The notes beneath the pieces were generated by a model, which saw only the letters and a list, made by a program, of their open reading frames with translations, searched no databases and had not been told where the DNA came from. 64,000 bases of DNA. Origin: Chrysomallon squamiferum (Eukaryota > Animalia > Mollusca). The stretch spans positions 29,512,001 to 29,576,000 of the forward strand of contig CM022670.1 of the NCBI GenBank assembly GCA_012295275.1, in the 5' to 3' direction. The position numbers were made by a program, and so were the translations under genes. Positions 53,970-64,000 of the stretch are shown piece after piece (the first letter of the stretch is position 1; the number at the start of each line of letters is the position of its first letter).

Positions 53970-56010
53970 ATGAAGGCGATGAAGCCGACAGTGGCGTCCT
54001 CAGTTTCCTTTACTGAACTCTGTGGTTTACTGGAAAAAATTTCTAAAATATCTGGAACTGACAAAAAGAAAAGAGTACTGAATGATTTTGTTCAGAAGTG
54101 GAGAGATTTTCATGAAGAATTGCACTTAAAATCCAGTGAAACGGTATGTATTTTTTCATCGTTTTGATCCAATCTGACGGATGATGAGAGGAGTTTAACT
54201 CGCTGATGTGTGACGCTGTTTTTGTAAATTAGGTGCTACTAAAAGTACCAAGGAGTGTGTCATGCTTTTCTATCCTAGAAAGTATATTAATATTTCTTGT
54301 TACAAGCTGATAACAGTAATCATGCAGTGGCAGTTGAACCTTGAACAAAAATTAACTTGCTAATCAGAGCAAGCTGTTGTGAAGCACGCCCTGTGGCAGT
54401 TTCTGGTTTGCCCTTTTGAACTTAGTTATTACAAACATATTAATAACATGCCTGGTTCAGTGGTTACGATCATCATCATCATGCCATTATATATAATTTA
54501 TTTATAAAACATTTAGATGTAATTGGCTATGATGACTTTTCATAAACAATTCATTTGGATAAGGTCTAATTCTAATTTTGAAAAAATGTTTATTTGTTTA
54601 TTTATTTATTTTTGACTAATATCTTTATATACAGTGGTACTTTGACTTACAAGTTTAATTCATTCCGTCCCAAGCTCGTATCTCAATTTGCTCATATAAA
54701 TCAATTTTCCCAACTGAAATTAATTGAAATACCATTAATCAGTTCCAGACCCTCCAAAACACCCAATTTTTTAAATTGTTTTTTTATGTATAGTGCTTTT
54801 AAACAAGAAAAATGTACTTATAGATGACAAATATTGTATAAAAAAACAAAATAAAAGAGACAGCAATGAAAAAAACTGGTATTGTAAAGTGTATTTATCT
54901 TGGAAATCAGACAAATTATTTTAACCCCTTTGGCTGACTTATCATAGTAGTACCATGCTCGTAATGCCCAGTCGAGTTGACAACATGCATCCCTCGCTCA
55001 TGTTTTTCTTTAAATTCAAGCTTTAATTCAGTGGAATTATCTGCTTCTTCTCAGCACTATCTTTTGCACTCACTTTCTTACAATCCATGATCATAAAAAG
55101 AAATTTGGCAAAATGCTGCACAAAACAGGAGCACAAGGCAACGGAGATGCTTCCATGGGGAGGTAACCAACTGAAGTTCACAAGTGACACGTGGGATATT
55201 GGCCACATGTTATGTTATTCATTGCGCCAACTTGCAGCAGTGTATCTGAAGCTCACTCGTAATTTGGATTTTGGCTTGCACTCAAAGCAAAAAATCGACC
55301 AGTCGACTGCTCTTAACTCGAAAAATTCATAAGTTGAGGCACTCATAAATCGAGGTACCACTGTATATTTAAATACTAAATTAATTTGTCATTTACAGAT
55401 TAAAGGCTTTAGTGAAAATATTTGTCATCGGTTTTAATTATTGAAAGTCAGTAAGATATCAACAGAATTATGATATATGTATGAATATGGTTTCCCTTTA
55501 TTTATATATCAGAATGTCATTTTCATCTTTTTACTTTTTTCAGACTGATTCCTTTTATCCGGCTATGAGATTACTTCTGCCACATTTGGATAAAGAAAGG
55601 TTGGCCTATGGAATTAAAGAGGTTAGAAAATCAGTTTACAAAATGAGCATATATATATAAAATTTATATTTTATTTCCTTCTTTTTTTTGTGGTGTTTGT
55701 AGGTTTTTTGAATAAATTAATATTAAAAAAACAGTTGCACTTATAACTATACCAGTTTTGATAATGTAAAAAAAAATATATTATAAAGTATCTATATAAT
55801 TTATATGTTTTCTAAATCAGAATAATTTAAATAAAAAAGGAAAAATTGTAAATAATAAGAATGTTTAATTTCAGCACATGCTTGCAAAACTGATGATAGA
55901 AGTCCTATGTTTGGGAAAAGATAGCCCTGATGCAACACGGCTTCTTAACTACAAATCACCCAAAAACACCAGAGGAGTAATTGATTTCATTTTATGTTAT
56001 GTTCTTTATT

Positions 56011-56042
<32 letters not shown>

Positions 56043-59000
56043 TTATATATTTTTAAATCTGTATGCTGTTTAAAGAGAAGTAAATTTGAATAAAGCTGGA
56101 ATAGATCTCTGCAGTAATAAAATTTTTTTTATCCTAAAGTAATAAAATAAGACAAATACTTTTTTTTTTTTGTTAATATCATAAATATGCTGTGTTAACT
56201 TCATAGAAAATTGAAACAAAAATCCATCAAAATTATTAATAGCACTATAAATGACAGGATCATCTTAAATTACCAAACAGACAAATTCATTTAATTATTA
56301 TTATTATTCCCTTACTACTGCATTATGTGCCCAACTCCCCAAGTTAATCTTATTTTTTTGAAACCGATATGCCATCACTTTTAAACTGATTGAAATCATT
56401 GATACTCGATATAAACCTTTTCTCTTTTTTTTTGAGAATATTTTTCTTAATAATTAAGGATGCTGGAGATTTTGCTAGTGTTGCTTACTATATACTGAAG
56501 AATCGTTGTCCTGAGAAGGGATCCTTGACAATTGAAGACGTGAATACCTGTCTTGACAATATTGCAGTCAACAATGCTGCAAAAAAGAAAGATGAGGTCC
56601 GTAAAAACATTCTTCATTTGCTGAAAAACCTGTCAGCAACCGAACAGAAATGGCTTATTCGTATGATTGTCAAGGAATTGAAAATTGGGCTGAGCCAAGC
56701 TTCTGTTTTTTCTGTATACCACCCTGATGCAGAAGAGCTTTACAATGTTAATAACAACTTAGAAAAGGTAAATATTAAATTGCACTAAGTGACTAATATT
56801 ATGAATAAAATTTCTTTAGATAGGCTTTTGTTAAGAATATTAAAATATTCAAAATACACAAGTGTCTTATAAACTATAAGTACTCATAAATAACATTTTT
56901 ACCAGTTTACATTTGCTTTAATTTTTAATAAATTTTTGAGATTGTTAACCTTATAGAAAAAATCATAATACAATAAAATATAATTTAATAACAACAGGTT
57001 TAATGATACTGATATTGTTAATGTAATTTTTGTGTCAGAACAAACCAACAGTGTTTTTCTTAAAAATCAAAGAAGGTATTGATATGAATGTAGGTTTGCC
57101 AGCTGATGCGTGACTTATCAGTTCGAGGACATGAAATTGGCATCAGTGTGTTTTCTCCTTTCACTCCAATGCTTGGTGAGAGAGCATCTCCTCACAAGGT
57201 GAATTATACTATTTAACATTTATAAAATACAAGGGGACCTTTATTTTCAGCATTAAGTGTTTTTTTTCACTATTTATCTTCCTTTTTTAAATCATTATTA
57301 TTATTATTATTACTATTATTATTATTATTATTTTTTTTTTTTTTTTTTTTAAAGAAAGTGAAAACAATTTTAAAAAACTGAAAAAGAGAAAGAATTAGAC
57401 ATGATTATGAATTCAGTGTAATACCAAAATGACAATCATTTTAGTTTTCAGTTAAGGAAAATATTTTTGTTTGTATGACATTAAGATAATCATTTTGATG
57501 ATAAAAGACTAGTTGCACAGAAGAATCCATAGTTATAGAGATTAAATACATAAATTAGAAAATTAATATATAAACTTTCATTAACATTTGTCAAGTAGAT
57601 CTTTATTATTATTATAATTTTTTTAAATACAGTAATATCTAAAGACGAAATGCATTTCTGTAGTTCAGTCTTGATTTTCATTTGTTTTTATGAATGTTAT
57701 CTGTTTGTGTTTGAAGGTAGAACAGCTGATGGATGGAAAATCATATTTTATTGAAACAAAATTTGATGGTGAACGAATGTTATTGCACAAAAAAGAAGAT
57801 GAATATAAATACTTTTCAAGAAGGTGATACATTATTTAAATTATTTAGAATATGCTAATTGACAAGTGACGCCAAATGCATCCAAAATCATTTCATACCA
57901 AAAGAGTTGTTTGTTAAATTGTTTTTAATTATTTATGTATTTATTTATTCCTGCTAAAATATTATGAAAAAAATTATTTCTCTTTTCTAAAACATATTAT
58001 CTAATATATTCAGATTTTAACTTGGCTAGTATTGTGAATTCATTGAATACATTGACCTAATAAGTATCTCAGAATTATACCAATTAATCTACAAACTGAG
58101 TAAGTTTGATATAGGGTTGATTTTTTAAAATCTTTATTTTTAAATTTTATATTTCCAGTGGACACGAATATACACATATATTTGGTGCTACTCCAAATGA
58201 TGGTACTTTCACTCCATATATAGCAAAGTGCTTTAAGCCAGGGGTGAAAACCTGTATTTTGGATGGAGAGGTATTGGGATACCATGCAGCAAGTAAAACC
58301 TTTGGTAATCATGCTATATTTTTGTGTTTATCTTTCTTATAATGTACATTTATTTTATTAAACTATCAAAACTGTTTGCATTATGAAAACAGTATGGTCT
58401 TCTAATTAATATGATATATAAATAAAATATCATTTTTATATTATTAAGTTCAGGTTAAAAAATAATAATGTAATTATCAATATGTTGAATCACATCTTTC
58501 TTTTTTCTTATTTTGTTTCCTTTTTATCAGGTACAAAAGCTGAGCAATTTGATGTAAAGTCAAAAGATCTGATGCAAAATAAAGGATATCAACCATGTTT
58601 GAATGTATTTGACATACTTCTTTTCAACGACAGAGTTTTAACAAACATGCCATTGAGAGAGAGACTGAAGTACTTGGATAAAGTCTTCAATCCATTAGAG
58701 GGATACATAGAGATTAGCAAGCACACTGAGGCAAAAACCAAGTAAGATACTCTTTTTTATTTATTTTAAATTTGATAATTTGATTTGATAACTATTCTGA
58801 TGGAGCTGTTTATCATGCAAAATTATTTTTTATCTTTCTTTCTTATTTTTAATTATGTTAGTTACAATTAGGATTTTGTCATGTAGTTTTTGAAAACTGA
58901 TATATGTGTAATCTTTAAAATAGTTCTTATCAATCTTTGTTTTATTTTTAATCCACTAATCTGTTTTAAAAGATTTATGTCTATTTTGTTTTGTATTCAG

Positions 59001-62000
59001 TCAAGACTGTGCTGATGCTCTCAATGAAGCTATTGATAAACAGGAAGAAGGTATTGTTATTAAAAATCCTGAATCTGTATACCGCCCAAACACACGAAAA
59101 GGTGGATGGTTCAAATTAAAGCCAGAATATATTGGAGGTCTTATGGATGAACTAGATGTACTCATAGTTGGAGGTTACTTTGGTGTGGGTCACCGAGGTG
59201 GAATGATGTCACATTTTTTGTGTGCTGTTGCTGTCCCTCCAGAAGATGGTGGTAAACCTCGAGTGTTCCATTCATTTTGTAAAGTAAGAGTTAATTTTAA
59301 ATTTGGTATTTTTAGAAACAATGATCTGGAATGTTATCTTATTTGTTAATTCTTCCAAAGTAAATTTTTTGACATTCAGTTTAAACTGATTTAAAAATCA
59401 TGAGGTTTTTAGTTTTTTTTAAATTATTATTTTTTTATTATATTATTGTTGTTGTTTGTTTTATTTTATTATTTTAATATTGCATTTATTCATAAAAAGA
59501 CAAAAAAATTTATTCAGATTCATGCCAATACATTTTTTTTTTTTTTCTATTCTTTCAGGTTGGTTCCGGTTACAGTAAGAAAGAGTTGAGTGACTTTAAT
59601 CAGAAACTTGCAGAAGAATGGGCAGTGTTTGACAAGAAAAACCCACCATCTTGTTTGGTATTAGCTTCTGGATTCAAAGAAAAACCAGATGCATGGATAG
59701 AACCTTCAAAATCCTGCATAGTTCAGGTCTGTTTGTTCACTTTGTTTTCTTGGAAAAGCTATTAAAAAGATTTGTCTTTAATAATGATTTTGGGTACTTT
59801 ATAAGTGACTGCAAATATTTTAATGTTAAAATGATTCATGCTGATAATTTTTCTTTTTAAAAATAAACATATAAGATGGAACTTTGGTCACATTATTGTT
59901 TATTTAAATTAAATAATTATAGTAATGAGTGGATTACATTTGTAGATCAAGGCAGCAGAAATTATAGAGAGTGACAGATTCAAGACAGGATTTACTCTGC
60001 GTTTTCCTCGGGTAGAACACATCAGACATGACAAGCCATGGTATGAATGCATGACAGCAGCAGATATTGAGGAACTGAGAAAGGTTTGAATCGCTTTGAC
60101 TGATTGTTTTGTATTGTTTCTTATATAGATTTTCTGTGCTAAATAGTTTATTTATTGAGTATTAATGTGTGATTTAATTGTATCCTGATTTTTATTTAAG
60201 TGTTTCATTTTATGTGTGTTAGTAGATATACATGTATATGTAAATATAAATATATCATGAAGATATATTTTTTGGAAACATGATTTTTCAGTATTCTATA
60301 TTTCGGTTTATTTAGAAATTTGGAGGAAAACTAACTGGTGGGAAATTTGAACTTGATGTTGAAACTGAGCCAAAGAAGAAAAAACGTAAAATTGTTTCTC
60401 GTTTTGAGAGGCCAACTTTAATGAGTAAATTCCAATCAGCTGATGTCTCCAACGTAGAACAGGTATATAATGATTCAGTCATGGAAGATCAGTTCTATTA
60501 TATTATAATTAGTATAACTAATAATTAATGCAAATAATGCTTATCTTTTATTTAAAGTACAGACTTTTGTTTCAAACTAAACTTGTTTAAACAGTTATTC
60601 ATGATTTACATTATTTTTCTATTAGTAAATTTGACAAGGCTTTTGAGTTTAAAACAGTGTAACAGTTTTATTTTGGTTTCTTATTAAACAACTTTAACAA
60701 AAAACACATTTGAAGTGCTTAAATTAATAACTAACTTCAATTGTACTAGGTTTCGAAAATGTTTGAAAATAAGGAGTTTTGTGTTGTGAGTGGATCCGAA
60801 CATCACCAGAAACATGAATTAGAGAAAAATGTTGTTGAATTTGGTGGAACAATTGTTCAAAATCCAGGTGAAAATATTACCATTTTTATGCAAATTGGAA
60901 TAATTTTATTTTTGAATTTCATTATTTGTTTTCTTAATATATTTTTTTATTTCAACTGATTAAAATTTTATAAAAAAAGGTTGGAGGTTTAACTTTGATA
61001 CATAAACATTATGTTCTGAGGTATCATTTTTATTTGACTATTAATTTAACTTTATGATAAAAGACTTTTTTCTTATTTAGGTTCCAATACATTTTGTGTG
61101 CTGGCAGGAAAGAATGCTGTTCGGGTAAATAATCTTAAGAAATGTAACCGTTATGACATTGTTAAAGTTTCCTGGTTTTTGCGATGTATTGAGAATCAGA
61201 GATGGATTAACTGGTAAGTGAAAACAAATAGATGTGATATTTACACATTTTAAACATTCTTCACTTTTCAACAGTATACATATATCCTTAATAAGTTGTT
61301 AATACTTTCATTTTGGAGATATATGTTGACATACAAAGGATAACTACATTTACAATAGCTTCAATCATTAATTACATATTAATATTATAACTTACTTTAT
61401 TCTTCATGTCTTTTGAATAAAGCAAGCAATTATGTTTAAAAATAAATGAAAGCATGAAGGTATATCATATTTATTTATCATTTTGTTGATGGTTGTAAAC
61501 ATTTTGCATGACAAATATAAAAAAAAATTCCTGCCAACTTGCTTGTGAACTCTTAGTTTATTTATGTTTCTGTTTGTATTATTTTATTAGTTTTATTATT
61601 ATTCAGGACTCCTGATGACCTGATCCATATTTCCCCTAAAACACAAGAACAGTTCCAGCAGGATTATGATATGTTTGGTGATAGTTATACACAGGATACA
61701 ACAGAAGAACAGCTTCAGAAAGTGTTTCAGAGGATGCATAATGTACGTTTGATTTAGAAATACTGTCTCTTTTTTTCTTCTTTTTTTTTTTAACTGACAG
61801 TTGCATTGCTTTAACTAGTTACCATTATTTTTGCCTGAACATTTTTTAGATGTGCAATGTAACATTTACACTGTACCTAAACTAAAATTTGCATCTTTGG
61901 ATATAAAATTAAAATTTATGCATTATTATATAAAAAAAAATTATTTTTAGATGATCATTACTCTTAAAATATGTATTTGTTTTAACAGAAATATTATTCT

Positions 62001-62911
62001 TTAAAAAATACCCAAAATATTATTTAAGTATTTTTTGTATGTTTTTTAAATAATGTTTTCAGGAATCAGAACAAGATATTAGTGCTTTGGATATTGCTGA
62101 AATGGAAAATAAATATTTTCCTGATGAATCACCATATGGCCTATTCAGATTATGCAGGTTATTTTTTTTTTCATGTAGAACATCTTACTGATAATTATCC
62201 AACCTGGATTCTTGAATATTGTTTCACAAAAATGGTTCAAAGATATTTTTCATCGAAGTAGTCAATTTATCTGTTTATCTACTCTTTCTGTTCTAGTTTT
62301 CAAATGGATATTTTAAAAAATAATAAATATATAAATAAATAACAGTAAATATGAATAATAGAAAACTTTAATTCTTATTCCTATAGCAAAAATGAAGATC
62401 TAAATTCTTCTTATTTGTATACCTGCAGAATTTATCTTGATAACAATGCAGTAGTAAGCAGTCCAGCCACTCACATTTCCAACTGCAGCTTGGAGCTGCT
62501 CAGTTTGGAGTTGAGATTTTTTGGTGCTACTATCACAGAGCAACTTGACTCGGACGTTTCCCATATCATTGTTGAATTAGAGTAAGTAATATTATTTTCA
62601 TTTTTTATTGCTGAAAGAGCTTTTAATAAGAATTTTATTGCAGCTAAAAAGTGATATCATGGACACTAACTATACTGTAGTGTAATACATGTAAAATGGC
62701 TTTTTTCATCATGGTTCCTGGTTTGAACATGTTTAATTCAAGATCAGTTAAAATGTTATATTTTTACAGAGACCTTAAACGGCTTCAACAACTAAGAGAT
62801 GAAAGACAAAACAGAAGAAAAAAATTCCATATTGTCTCCACTTCGTGGGTTCATGCATGTCTGGAGAATGGAGATTTGGTCAATGAAAGACGTTTTGAAC
62901 CACTGATTTAG
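53970..62911 (+). CDS. LIG4: DNA ligase IV, about 914 aa
   Basis: 18 phase-consistent GT-AG exons: 53970-54143, 55544-55621, 55875-55976, 56459-56767, 57094-57198, 57717-57823, 58159-58304, 58531-58741, 59001-59283, 59559-59726, 59946-60083, 60316-60462, 60750-60867, 61081-61213, 61607-61742, 62063-62157, 62429-62581, 62770-62911 (2745 nt). Motif [30 protein letters not shown] and TLRFPR. Two BRCTs flank the XRCC4-binding-like segment DYDMFGDSY. Confidence 0.97.
54632..55363 (-). mobile_element. Non-autonomous Tigger/pogo-type DNA transposon, 732 bp, in LIG4 coding intron 1
   Basis: TA|CAGTGGTACTTTGACTTAC ... CGAGGTACCACTG|TA. Colinear with the 47968 copy, with a remnant [15 protein letters not shown] on the minus strand. 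Confidence 0.92.
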
Positions 62912-63680
62912 TTTGTCATATACAGCAAATATTTAATATGTTTTGGAACTCAAATACAATTTTCAGAAACTTCTACAACCACTGCATTTGGCCACAAGTG
63001 CTGTTTACTGTTACTGTTTAACATGTATAAAGAACTGTTTTAAAGCTAACAATTTTCAGATTGCACGTAAAAATATTAATAATGTATATGAAACTGTGCA
63101 CGTAATGAAATTTGTGTTTTGTAATTTAAAAAACTATGAACTCTTGTTTTTCAAGTTATTATTGCAAGTATCCTGGAAATGTAAACCATGTTAATATATT
63201 CACAAGCAATGTTTTAATATTTTATATACTTAATTACTATTTCTGTAATACATATAATTCCTTCTTATTTATTAGTTCCATTTTACTGTTGTTTTCCTTT
63301 ATTCAAGTAAATTAACCTCTGGCAAATACACAGAATGAATTTTACCATTTAAAGATAGCGATTATGATTTGTATTTCTTATTTTTGTTTGCAAATAAAAA
63401 ACACTATAACAGATTCTGTATCATTCTGTTTTCTTTATACATCATGGTAGGCATTACATCTTCATTCATGAAACATACAGCAGCATTACCAGTAAACTAA
63501 ATGTCACTCTGGACATCTGTTATTAGCTGTTGATGTAAAAACACCAAAACTATACTGTATAAAATTAGATGTCTGTCAAATCTGGTCACTTCAAAAGTGA
63601 GACATTTTGCTTTTTTATTCTGCTTCACATTAACAACTGACTCATCTGGCCATTTTTCAGAAGCAAGAGTAACATTAATT

Positions 63681-63737
63681 TCATGTCACCATGTTTTCTT
63701 CTTTTGGCTGTGTTGACTTGTATTCAGCAACAGATGC
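63681..63737 (-). CDS. Possible terminal coding exon of an unidentified gene extending beyond the window
   Basis: Acceptor TTTTATTGCAG at 63738. The phase-0 reading is ASVAEYKSTQPKEENMVT*. No homology recognised and the frame is unverified. Confidence 0.3.
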   Translation of the reverse strand, partial: ASVAEYKSTQPKEENMVT

Positions 63738-64000
63738 CTGCAATAAAAATAAATATATTTCAATTTAACATATTAAACAAAAATTAAAATTTGTATCACA
63801 CTGTGCCTGCATGTGTGCATGTTTGTTTGCACACACAAATCATTACAAATACATACTAATATAATAATCATAATTATCTAACGAACATCATAACCTGGAA
63901 AATAAATGGAAAATCTTTTCATTCTGTATTACTTTGTAATTTTAACCTATAATATGTATGCACAAATAAATCTTTGTGGAAAATAAATAACATGGAATTA

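Overview
AT-rich, microsatellite-rich, intron-containing animal genomic DNA. It is probably an invertebrate and possibly a mollusc, but that is inference. I assembled exons by hand from splice signals and reading phase and recognised eight genes. In order: a calcyphosin-like EF-hand gene (-); an intronless type II membrane GT32-like gene with two degenerate domains (-); an HtrL/YibB-family gene carrying an intron-added membrane anchor (+); FKBP12 (-); MDC1 (+, 21 coding exons); POLE4 (+); CCDC152-like (-); and DNA ligase IV (+, 18 coding exons). The last exon of a further minus-strand gene may lie at the right edge. There are three non-autonomous Tigger/pogo-type transposon copies and a 43-bp minisatellite. 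Most notable: (i) the divergent FKBP12 and MDC1 genes each end in an AT-AC U12 intron, and in MDC1 this intron gates a basic NLS-like tail; (ii) MDC1 contains a tandem array of TQ sites; (iii) a divergent pair of putative Golgi glycosylation genes, one of a bacterial-type family and one apparently a pseudoenzyme; (iv) a compact cluster of genome-maintenance genes. Family assignments rest on recalled motifs, not database searches.
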